64,000 bases of DNA from Glycera tridactyla (lineage: Eukaryota). Within the stretch, counting starts at the first letter, position 1, and every line of letters starts with the position of its first letter. Shown here piece by piece: positions 57,801 to 63,665 of this stretch. The notes below the pieces were generated by a model that had not been told where the DNA came from, searched no databases, and was given only the letters and a program-made list of their open reading frames with translations. A program made the position numbers and the translations under genes. The stretch lies in NCBI GenBank assembly GCA_965644265.1, contig OZ286459.1, forward strand, positions 92,752,001 through 92,816,000, given 5' to 3'.

Positions 57801-60800
57801 ATTGCCAGCTCTCTGATAAGAGTATTTTTGAATATTTCTTTACAACACCATCTGGTTCCATTACTGAAGTGATGATAACTTTTAGAACGCGACCCTTCTC
57901 CATCTTGGGGATGCATATTATTGGTTACTTCAATATCAATAGCTCTTTCTGTGTGAGAAGAAATTACATTACTTCGGTCAGCGACATTGATGGAATCTTA
58001 CTTTGCCTTCCCAGACATTGGAAAGAACATCACAAAAATTTTCAAATTTCATCCAAAATAGTGGTTTTCAGTGTCCTTGAGTGAACAGCCCTAGTTATAT
58101 TCAAGAGGAGTGGAAGTCTCCCAGCCATATAAGAGGGAGCGATTTTCAAGGATGTAACTTCGGATAACCAAATCAGTAATTATGCCAATTGTCTAGAGTA
58201 ATGAAGACAGTATTTGCAATGATCAAATGGGAGGATTCTGAATGTATTTGCGTAGAAGAATCTGGCTAAGAAAGTAATTATCACTCCAAAATTGTGAAGG
58301 TCTCCAGGTTTTGAATTACCTTTCTTGCCAGAGGCTTTGGGGATGTCCAAACCGGCATCAGCTTTGACCTTTCCTTTCTTGTCTCCACCTTTCATACTGA
58401 ATGGTGGTAGTGAGAAGTGGGGCATATTGATATCAAAATCACCCTTTCGACCTTTTGGTGATTTGATCTTCGGCCCTTGAACAACGACCTCAGTTTCTCC
58501 AATAACGATTTCACCACCAATGTCTGGTGGGTTGGGGCATGATAGGTCAAGATCGATTGCACCATCGCCCTTGTTCTTTGACAACCAACGATTACACGGG
58601 AATTCAAATACATTGCTGTTTGGAACATCTTCTATTGTCAGCTTGTCCAGCTTCCAGTCAGGTCCAGAACCTGAGTTGTCATGTTCGATATGGACCCGGT
58701 CGATAGCCGGACCAACACAGGGGACTTTAAAGTCAAATTCATCCACCCTGAAAACGGAAAAAGTGCAAAAACGATTAGCAATTGTTCAGACACACACGAT
58801 TTATTTGTTCAAATTATCTGCAAATCTGACGCTGTGCATTCAGTATATGTGAAGTCATAATATATGTGACTGACCAATATTTCTGGCATATACAAATTAC
58901 CACAGAAGAGTACATTTTCTTCGCCAGGGACAGTGGGTTCGATATCAGTACATACAAATATTGAAGGAGATATGCATAACATGAATGAATATTATATTTT
59001 TATGAATTGATCAGTATATGCCTGTAAGATACTTCCTGCAGGTAAAATTATCTTTACTTACTTTCCAGCTTCAAAGTTGTTCCTGATGTTGTCCAGCTTG
59101 AGTTTATCAGAACCCCCGAACATACCAAAGAAGGTGAGGAAAACGTTCGCATCAGTTCCAGCATCAGGTTCATCTGCTGTGTGAACCTTGACCTTATACT
59201 CGGTATCTGAAAAAGAAAGTTGATTAAAAAATATAACAAGCCAATTGGATGCTTCAATAACTGTCTAATTATAACGCATTAATGATTTGAATCAAAATTG
59301 AATAAATGTTCTTTCTGTGGTGAAATTAAGTTGCCATCGTTTTTTTGGCCCATGATCACAATCAGTTGAATTGATCATTAGGAGTAGTTGTGAGTAGATG
59401 ACAGCATTTCCCCAGTCATAGGATCCTCGAGAGATTCAAGAGCCATCCTATCAAATCAAGGTAAATGTTCATATTCTAATAATTGAAATCTTACCTGGCC
59501 TGGTTGGTGGCAGGAAGTCCATGTCAGCAGAATCTCCTTTGCCTTTCTTCTTAAGCTTGAATGATGGTATTGATATATGCGGTAGGTTGATATCGAATCC
59601 ATGGCGCCGACCTTCATCATCTGACTCGTCATCTTTCTCTTTCTTCTCTTTGGGTTTCCTCTCCTTCTTATGCCGGTCTAATGAGAACTTTGGTCCTTTG
59701 AATTTTGGTCCCTTGAAATCGGGACCTTTGAAGTTGAAGTCAACATCAAAGTCAAAAGATGGTGGATCGGGACATGATAGATCAAAATCGATCTCACCAT
59801 CACCTTTGTCCTTCGACAGCCATTTGTGGCAGGGGAACTCGTATACATGTCCTCGTGGAACATCCTCGATGGTGACTTTGTCCATTTTCCAGTCTGGTGC
59901 AGCACCAGAGTTGTCATGTTCGATGTGACATCCGCCGATAGGACCAACACATGGGAGCTCAAAGTCAAATTCATCAAGTCTGAAAGGTGCATAATGCATT
60001 GTCAAGTATCTCATTATATATATCCTATCATGCAAATACTAAAGAATTACACAAAATTGAGTGATGAGACTAGTTTGCATTTAACGACATATATATGACA
60101 TATATTTGAGACAATGTATGCTATGTGGATGCTACACAATTGAAAAGAGGTTGATAAAAGCGATTGAAATCAATATTGTAGTTTGTGGGTAGAACATATA
60201 AGACAACTTTTGGTTGAAGGTCAGCATTGACACGAAACAGATTAGAAATTTGTCGAAAGTTAGGGTTGTCTTCACATCAGCCAGTCTGCCCATTGCAAGC
60301 CATTCTGTATAGCCTAAGTCACCCACTCTGTATAGCCTCTGTCCAGTTCATCTTCAGTCTGGCCTACCGCCCAATCTACTGAATTGGGTTTAAAAGACAT
60401 TTTCAGCTGATTACCCGTGATTATGTGAACACAGAATGGGCCTGTGATTTTTATGCTTCAGAAAATTAGCAGAGGGAACTCCCTATGAATCGCCCCCTCC
60501 CATTCTGAATCTTTGGGAAACTGATTCAGTGTCAATATACACAGTTATACGAAGCTGAGCAAATGCAGACAGGAATGACCACGTGTACTTACTTTCCAGC
60601 TTCAAAGTTATCCTTCAAGTTGTCTAACTTCAACTTGCCAGAGTCACCCAGAAGACCAAAGAATGTGAGAAAGACATTGGCATCTGTTCCTGCATCTGGT
60701 TCATCAGCTGTTTGTACTTTCACTTTGTACTTTGTATCTGGAAAAGAAAGAGTTCACCAATCTAAAAAATCTATTTCACATGATATTACAAGCTGACAAA

Positions 60801-63665
60801 GGAATGGTATTAACTGCAGAATAAAAAATTACTGATTCTCCTTGAAAAGGTAGGACATGTTTCTGTTTATGGCCAGTATGGGCTAGCTTTCATAAGCCAT
60901 TCAACATTGCGATGACGATCTTTAGGATTCCATGTCCTAGATCATGTCTCCAAATCAGTATTGAAGACGTGTAGCAATTGAAAGAGTGAAACAGCAGTGT
61001 TAGTGATTCTGATACATACATGAACAATCAGATGTATCTTAAGTACTGTTGAGACACACCATGATAGATATGGAACGCATATTGCTGAAAATCCACTCAA
61101 CATACCTGGTCTAGGATAATCATGAAGGTCGAACTCAGCAGAGGCATCGATGTCTCCTTTTGGTTTCTTTCCTCGGCCCTTGAAGCCCCATGATGGCATG
61201 GAGATGTGTGGCATATTGATGTCAAAACCTCTTCTGTGGTCCTCATCGTCAGATTCCTCATCTTTCTCTTTCTTTTCTTTGGGTTTCTTCTGTTTCCTAT
61301 CCCAGCCGAACTTGGGGCCCTTGAAATGAGGTCCTTTGAGACCGAAATCTGCATCAAAGTCGAATGATGGAGGATCTGGGCATGATAGATCAAAATCGAT
61401 TGCACCATCGTCCTTGTCCTTTGACAACCATTTGAGACAGGGGAACTCATACACATGTCCTCGTGGAACATCTTCAATGGTAACCTTGTCCAGTTTCCAG
61501 TCTGGGGCAGCTCCAGAGTTGTCATGCTCGATGTGACATCCACTGATAGGACCAACACATGGCAGCTTGAAGTCGAATTTGTCAACCCTGAAAGAGGATT
61601 CATTTATGATGAGAAATCATCTTGCTGAATGAAGATATCCATATGAAGGACACGCTTCTAAACAGCTGATTTGAAAAAAATGTGGACATCTGTGCATGCC
61701 ACAAAACATTACACATATCCAAGATCATGGTATCTGGTGCAATTATTATGTCACTTTAGTGTTCAATCTTTAGCTTTCAAGTAGGCAAACTGATATCCAT
61801 TACAACTATGCCCTAGTGGGAACATTATGGCAGGAATTGTGAATCATGTTGCAGATTTGTATTTTTTTCCCTGAAAATTTCCTTAGATTCATTGACAAAA
61901 TCCACCGAGATGTGTCTACTTACTTTCCTGGCTCGAAGTCATCCTTCAGAAGATTGTCCAACTTCAACTTGCCAGAGTCACCAAGCAGACCAAAGAATGT
62001 GAGGAAGACATTGGCATCAGTTCCAGCATCTGGTTCGTCAGCTGTATGTACTTTAACTTTGTATTTCGTGTCTGCAAAAATGAAACCTCAGCATCATTTA
62101 TATGGTGATGATCAATGATAAGATGGCATTGCCGATTCTATATTAATGTATTTGCTACAAAACACTACAAATGTTGGCCAATAATTACCATTCAGACTGT
62201 TGCGATCCTTGGACATTGACTGTCAACCTATGTGTAAAGTCAGGCTGTAGCATATTCTACAGAATAGATGCACTGTCAGATTGGCAATCATCTACGAGTA
62301 GAGTGTGATTCGAGAAAGAAATTCTCAGTCTAAGTTCGCCAATTCTCAGATAGTGGTATTGCATTAAGAGATACCTGTACCTAACAATCGATGCCGAAAA
62401 TATAGCAATGGTGTAATGGGATCACCTGGTAGTGATTTGTGAAGAGACATGGGCACACATTCACGTGGGATTGTTATCTTTGGCTTGAATAAGGAGGGGC
62501 TTTTTGATAAAGCTTACAATGATATTCATCAGAATATGGCATTTATAGCTTTATTTGTATGAGCAGCACATTTCATAGTTCGATGGAGAAATAGTATATT
62601 GGAAGGTCATGATTTATGGACTCGGTAGTCCGTTTTGAGAATAGAGAGAGTGCTGCCCTGTCATGGCAAAAACGTCTCTTGGATGCTGACACTAGCAGGA
62701 AAAGGAAGTGTTTGCACATGCTCCATGGGGAAGCCTGATGATTAAAGCCTGGCGACGCAAAATTCACCTTAGATTCATTACTGGTAAAATCTGATAGTTA
62801 TAAAAATGAAGCAAAAATACATACCTGGTCTCGGGTGATCACCAAGATCAAGCTCAGCAGAAGCATCAAGATCTCCTTTTGGTTTCTTGCCTCGACCCTT
62901 GAAACCCCATGATGGCATTGAGAACTTGGGGCCCTTGAAGTGAGGTCCTTTCAAGCCAAAATCAGCATCAAAGTCGAATGATGGTGGATCTGGGCATGAT
63001 AGATCAAAATCAATTTCACCATCATCTTTGTCCTTCGACAACCACTTGAGACATGGGAACTCATACAAGTGTCCTCGTGGAACATCTTCGATGGTGACCT
63101 TGTCCAGTTTCCAGTCTGGTGCAGCACCAGAATTGTCATGCTCAATGTGACATCCATCAATAGGACCAACACATGGCAGCTCGAAGTCAAATTTATCGGT
63201 CCTGAAAGAAAGTATATCATCAATGGCAAATGTTGCAACAGTTAACAAGGTGAGTAATGCAAAACAATAGATTTGACAATAGTTGATAGCATTTTCATGA
63301 ACATGTGCCAAGACCGCCTCTCAATTGCCCATACCTCTGCTGCCTGGAATACTGACTCCAAGCTGCACAACGACAGATAGAAAACAAACAAGATCATTTT
63401 CATTCAGGAAATGTTCATGTACTGCAATGTTGAGGTCCCCTGTATTTCTAATAGACAGAATAGGAGGTCAAGTGATTGCTCGTGACTTGCTTTAATGATG
63501 TAGAAGTGATCACTTACTTTCCAGGCTTGAAGTTGTCCTTGAGGAGATTGTCCAACTTCAACTTCCCAGAGTCACCAAGAAGACCAAAGAATGTGAGGAA
63601 GACATTGGCATCAGTCCCAGCATCTGGCTCATCAGCGGTGTGGACTTTAATCTTGTATTCTGTAT
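1..63665 (-). CDS. LOXHD1: Internal part (79 exons, ~7,870 aa, open at both ends) of a giant tandem PLAT/LH2-repeat protein, LOXHD1-like
   Basis: Strict A/B exon alternation over the whole window, all GT-AG, phases chain into one frame; PLAT motifs GTDANV, NFExG, HDNSG, PxW, FPCxxW. Symbol means 'LOXHD1-like architecture' only; orthology is not established. Confidence 0.85.
63..97. repeat. Degenerate (ATG)n microsatellite
   Basis: atgatgacgatgataatgatgatgatgataatgat. Confidence 0.7.
487..1004 (-). CDS. R39 exon B (PLAT C-half + linker)
   Basis: AG/GT, 518 nt; [31 protein letters not shown]. Confidence 0.9.
1404..1545 (-). CDS. R39 exon A (G-type)
   Basis: AG/GT, 142 nt; [26 protein letters not shown]. 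Confidence 0.9.
1735..1807. repeat. 73-bp dispersed repeat fragment (copy at 57282-57354; partial at 10190-10210)
   Basis: Shared ccctgaacataagatgatgg...agtggga...ctgacagt.cagacacacctcta. Confidence 0.75.
2104..2603 (-). CDS. R38 exon B
   Basis: AG/GT, 500 nt; [29 protein letters not shown]. Confidence 0.9.
2636..2810. mobile_element. MITE-like element (CAGT termini, Tc1/mariner-pogo-like)
   Basis: Termini cagtaaaacctg / caggttatactg (11 of 12 inverted match), TA at right flank, internal direct repeats (gtgaaatcctgtc, aaaaatctggccc), non-coding. Confidence 0.7.
3199..3343 (-). CDS. R38 exon A (mixed type)
   Basis: AG/GT, 145 nt; [27 protein letters not shown]. Confidence 0.9.
3786..4267 (-). 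CDS. R37 exon B
   Basis: AG/GT, 482 nt; [23 protein letters not shown]. Confidence 0.9.
4801..4945 (-). CDS. R37 exon A (G-type)
   Basis: AG/GT, 145 nt; [22 protein letters not shown]. Confidence 0.9.
5350..5846 (-). CDS. R36 exon B
   Basis: AG/GT, 497 nt; [22 protein letters not shown]. Confidence 0.9.
5976..6132. other. Assembly gap (intronic)
   Basis: N run. Confidence 0.99.
6158..6270. repeat. Degenerate (TGGA/TGAA)n microsatellite beside gap
   Basis: ggatggatggatggatggatgaatgg... Confidence 0.75.
7387..7531 (-). CDS. R36 exon A (G-type)
   Basis: AG/GT, 145 nt; [27 protein letters not shown]. Confidence 0.9.
8326..8816 (-). CDS. R35 exon B
   Basis: AG/GT, 491 nt; [22 protein letters not shown]. 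Confidence 0.9.
8919..9094. mobile_element. MITE copy 1 (degenerate), inverted relative to copy 2
   Basis: ta|tagtcaaacct...aggttcgactc|ta; internal tcgcatcaaa is the reverse complement of tttgatgcga in copy 2. Confidence 0.75.
9355..9532. mobile_element. MITE copy 2 (intact TIRs, TA target-site duplication)
   Basis: Perfect 11-bp TIR cagtcgaacct / aggttcgactg flanked by TA at 9353-54 and 9533-34; 178 bp, non-coding. Confidence 0.85.
9675..9819 (-). CDS. R35 exon A (G-type)
   Basis: AG/GT, 145 nt; [27 protein letters not shown]. Confidence 0.9.
10287..10780 (-). CDS. R34 exon B
   Basis: AG/GT, 494 nt; [22 protein letters not shown]. Confidence 0.9.
11228..11375 (-). CDS. R34 exon A (G-type)
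   Basis: AG/GT, 148 nt (or 145 nt from the second AG of a CAGCAG acceptor, end 11372); [22 protein letters not shown]. Confidence 0.88.
11996..12495 (-). CDS. R33 exon B
   Basis: AG/GT, 500 nt; [23 protein letters not shown]. Confidence 0.9.
12812..12992. other. Assembly gap (intronic)
   Basis: N run. Confidence 0.99.
13056..13200 (-). CDS. R33 exon A (G-type)
   Basis: AG/GT, 145 nt; [22 protein letters not shown]. Confidence 0.9.
13365..13416. repeat. (CAAT)n microsatellite, ~13 units
   Basis: Direct reading; shorter CAAT/ATTG runs at ~4416-4440, ~8836-8856 and ~36596-36620. Confidence 0.9.
13751..14172 (-). CDS. R32 exon B (last of P block)
   Basis: AG/GT, 422 nt; [33 protein letters not shown]. 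Confidence 0.9.
14560..14707 (-). CDS. R32 exon A (P-type)
   Basis: AG/GT, 148 nt; [22 protein letters not shown]. Confidence 0.9.
15426..15913 (-). CDS. R31 exon B (P-type, long linker)
   Basis: AG/GT, 488 nt; [23 protein letters not shown]. Confidence 0.9.
16463..16610 (-). CDS. R31 exon A (P-type)
   Basis: AG/GT, 148 nt; [22 protein letters not shown]. Confidence 0.9.
16963..17339 (-). CDS. R30 exon B (P-type, short linker)
   Basis: AG/GT, 377 nt; [27 protein letters not shown]. Confidence 0.9.
17793..17940 (-). CDS. R30 exon A (P-type)
   Basis: AG/GT, 148 nt; [22 protein letters not shown]. Confidence 0.9.
18469..18845 (-). CDS. R29 exon B (P-type, short)
   Basis: AG/GT, 377 nt; [14 protein letters not shown]. 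Confidence 0.9.
19165..19312 (-). CDS. R29 exon A (P-type)
   Basis: AG/GT, 148 nt; [15 protein letters not shown]. Confidence 0.9.
19829..20205 (-). CDS. R28 exon B (P-type, short)
   Basis: AG/GT, 377 nt; [14 protein letters not shown]. Confidence 0.9.
20546..20693 (-). CDS. R28 exon A (P-type)
   Basis: AG/GT, 148 nt; [15 protein letters not shown]. Confidence 0.9.
21186..21562 (-). CDS. R27 exon B (P-type, short)
   Basis: AG/GT, 377 nt; [19 protein letters not shown]. Confidence 0.9.
21902..22049 (-). CDS. R27 exon A (P-type)
   Basis: AG/GT, 148 nt; [15 protein letters not shown]. Confidence 0.9.
22652..23028 (-). CDS. R26 exon B (P-type, short)
   Basis: AG/GT, 377 nt; PDWKPE..DHPRP. 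Confidence 0.9.
23286..23433 (-). CDS. R26 exon A (P-type)
   Basis: AG/GT, 148 nt; [15 protein letters not shown]. Confidence 0.9.
23805..24328 (-). CDS. R25 exon B (G-type PLAT, P-type linker tail)
   Basis: AG/GT, 524 nt; [22 protein letters not shown]. Confidence 0.9.
24775..24919 (-). CDS. R25 exon A (G-type)
   Basis: AG/GT, 145 nt; [22 protein letters not shown]. Confidence 0.9.
25473..25987 (-). CDS. R24 exon B (G-type)
   Basis: AG/GT, 515 nt; [17 protein letters not shown]. Confidence 0.9.
26279..26423 (-). CDS. R24 exon A (G-type)
   Basis: AG/GT, 145 nt; [22 protein letters not shown]. Confidence 0.9.
27163..27686 (-). CDS. R23 exon B (G-type)
   Basis: AG/GT, 524 nt; [17 protein letters not shown]. 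Confidence 0.9.
28220..28364 (-). CDS. R23 exon A (G-type)
   Basis: AG/GT, 145 nt; [22 protein letters not shown]. Confidence 0.9.
29053..29555 (-). CDS. R22 exon B (G-type)
   Basis: AG/GT, 503 nt; [17 protein letters not shown]. Confidence 0.9.
29925..30069 (-). CDS. R22 exon A (G-type)
   Basis: AG/GT, 145 nt; [22 protein letters not shown]. Confidence 0.9.
30741..31144 (-). CDS. R21 exon B (G-type, short linker)
   Basis: AG/GT, 404 nt; [29 protein letters not shown]. Confidence 0.9.
31558..31702 (-). CDS. R21 exon A (G-type)
   Basis: AG/GT, 145 nt; [22 protein letters not shown]. Confidence 0.9.
32057..32583 (-). CDS. R20 exon B (G-type)
   Basis: AG/GT, 527 nt; [17 protein letters not shown]. 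Confidence 0.9.
32966..33110 (-). CDS. R20 exon A (G-type)
   Basis: AG/GT, 145 nt; [22 protein letters not shown]. Confidence 0.9.
33493..33671. repeat. 90-bp tandem duplication (2 copies)
   Basis: agatgttttt at 33501 and 33591; near-identical units. Confidence 0.9.
33801..34294 (-). CDS. R19 exon B (G-type)
   Basis: AG/GT, 494 nt; [22 protein letters not shown]. Confidence 0.9.
34930..35074 (-). CDS. R19 exon A (G-type)
   Basis: AG/GT, 145 nt; [22 protein letters not shown]. Confidence 0.9.
35369..35425. repeat. Degenerate (CAT/CAC)n microsatellite
   Basis: catcatcatcaccatcgccatcacc... Confidence 0.7.
35529..36031 (-). CDS. R18 exon B (G-type)
   Basis: AG/GT, 503 nt; [17 protein letters not shown]. 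Confidence 0.9.
36443..36587 (-). CDS. R18 exon A (G-type)
   Basis: AG/GT, 145 nt; [22 protein letters not shown]. Confidence 0.9.
36879..37369 (-). CDS. R17 exon B (G-type)
   Basis: AG/GT, 491 nt; [17 protein letters not shown]. Confidence 0.9.
38309..38453 (-). CDS. R17 exon A (G-type)
   Basis: AG/GT, 145 nt; [30 protein letters not shown]. Confidence 0.9.
38704..38803. repeat. 25-bp minisatellite x4 (aagccacggctgcggaaaaggtgtg)
   Basis: Four head-to-tail copies, no spacers, small variants in copies 3 and 4. Confidence 0.9.
38960..39137. other. Assembly gap (intronic)
   Basis: N run. Confidence 0.99.
39568..39986 (-). CDS. R16 exon B (last of P block)
   Basis: AG/GT, 419 nt; [33 protein letters not shown]. 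Confidence 0.9.
40097..40506. other. Assembly gap (intronic)
   Basis: N run. Confidence 0.99.
40571..40715 (-). CDS. R16 exon A (P-like)
   Basis: AG/GT, 145 nt; [22 protein letters not shown]. Confidence 0.9.
41181..41563 (-). CDS. R15 exon B (P-type, short)
   Basis: AG/GT, 383 nt; PDWKPE..LPSRP. Confidence 0.9.
42037..42181 (-). CDS. R15 exon A (P-type)
   Basis: AG/GT, 145 nt; [22 protein letters not shown]. Confidence 0.9.
42774..43252 (-). CDS. R14 exon B (P-type, long)
   Basis: AG/GT, 479 nt; PDWKPE..DYPRP. Confidence 0.9.
43549..43696 (-). CDS. R14 exon A (P-type)
   Basis: AG/GT, 148 nt; [15 protein letters not shown]. Confidence 0.9.
44116..44492 (-). CDS. R13 exon B (P-type, short)
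   Basis: AG/GT, 377 nt; [21 protein letters not shown]. Confidence 0.9.
44848..44995 (-). CDS. R13 exon A (P-type)
   Basis: AG/GT, 148 nt; [22 protein letters not shown]. Confidence 0.9.
45475..45851 (-). CDS. R12 exon B (P-type, short)
   Basis: AG/GT, 377 nt; [21 protein letters not shown]. Confidence 0.9.
46301..46448 (-). CDS. R12 exon A (P-type)
   Basis: AG/GT, 148 nt; [21 protein letters not shown]. Confidence 0.9.
47057..47433 (-). CDS. R11 exon B (P-type, short)
   Basis: AG/GT, 377 nt; [14 protein letters not shown]. Confidence 0.9.
47702..47849 (-). CDS. R11 exon A (P-type)
   Basis: AG/GT, 148 nt; [15 protein letters not shown]. Confidence 0.9.
48290..48666 (-). CDS. R10 exon B (P-type, short)
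   Basis: AG/GT, 377 nt; [14 protein letters not shown]. Confidence 0.9.
48800..48882. repeat. (GT)n microsatellite, ~41 units
   Basis: Direct reading, one g>a interruption. Confidence 0.95.
49315..49459 (-). CDS. R10 exon A (P-type)
   Basis: AG/GT, 145 nt; [15 protein letters not shown]. Confidence 0.9.
49813..50294 (-). CDS. R9 exon B (P-type, long)
   Basis: AG/GT, 482 nt; [17 protein letters not shown]. Confidence 0.9.
50688..50832 (-). CDS. R9 exon A (P-type)
   Basis: AG/GT, 145 nt; [22 protein letters not shown]. Confidence 0.9.
51280..51755 (-). CDS. R8 exon B (G-type PLAT, P-type linker tail)
   Basis: AG/GT, 476 nt; [22 protein letters not shown]. Confidence 0.9.
52401..52545 (-). 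CDS. R8 exon A (G-type)
   Basis: AG/GT, 145 nt; [22 protein letters not shown]. Confidence 0.9.
53101..53624 (-). CDS. R7 exon B (G-type)
   Basis: AG/GT, 524 nt; [17 protein letters not shown]. Confidence 0.9.
54198..54342 (-). CDS. R7 exon A (G-type)
   Basis: AG/GT, 145 nt; [22 protein letters not shown]. Confidence 0.9.
55029..55558 (-). CDS. R6 exon B (G-type)
   Basis: AG/GT, 530 nt; [17 protein letters not shown]. Confidence 0.9.
55883..56027 (-). CDS. R6 exon A (G-type)
   Basis: AG/GT, 145 nt; [22 protein letters not shown]. Confidence 0.9.
56273..56403. repeat. 63-bp tandem duplication (2 copies)
   Basis: cactg at 56273, 56336 and 56399; identical units. Confidence 0.9.
56467..56996 (-). 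CDS. R5 exon B (G-type)
   Basis: AG/GT, 530 nt; [22 protein letters not shown]. Confidence 0.9.
57282..57354. repeat. 73-bp dispersed repeat fragment (second copy)
   Basis: Same-orientation match to 1735-1807. Confidence 0.75.
57479..57620 (-). CDS. R5 exon A (G-type)
   Basis: AG/GT, 142 nt; [21 protein letters not shown]. Confidence 0.9.
58320..58747 (-). CDS. R4 exon B (last of P block)
   Basis: AG/GT, 428 nt; [31 protein letters not shown]. Confidence 0.9.
59062..59206 (-). CDS. R4 exon A (P-type)
   Basis: AG/GT, 145 nt; [22 protein letters not shown]. Confidence 0.9.
59495..59979 (-). CDS. R3 exon B (P-type, long)
   Basis: AG/GT, 485 nt; [22 protein letters not shown]. Confidence 0.9.
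60593..60737 (-). CDS. R3 exon A (P-type)
   Basis: AG/GT, 145 nt; [22 protein letters not shown]. Confidence 0.9.
61106..61587 (-). CDS. R2 exon B (P-type, long)
   Basis: AG/GT, 482 nt; [17 protein letters not shown]. Confidence 0.9.
61924..62071 (-). CDS. R2 exon A (P-type)
   Basis: AG/GT, 148 nt; [15 protein letters not shown]. Confidence 0.9.
62825..63201 (-). CDS. R1 exon B (P-type, short)
   Basis: AG/GT, 377 nt; [17 protein letters not shown]. Confidence 0.9.
63518..63665 (-). CDS. R1 exon A (P-type)
   Basis: AG/GT, 148 nt; [22 protein letters not shown]. Confidence 0.9.

Noticed and set aside
487-63201. Calling the gene AHNAK or periaxin
   Set aside because: No PDZ domain seen, AHNAK repeats lie in one giant exon, and the similarity is motif-level and recalled from memory.
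470-63311. ORF-track proteins as separate small genes or an operon
   Set aside because: Each stops resembling PLAT exactly at AG/GT sites, holds only half a domain, and uses intronic or GTG/TTG starts; splicing joins them in one frame.
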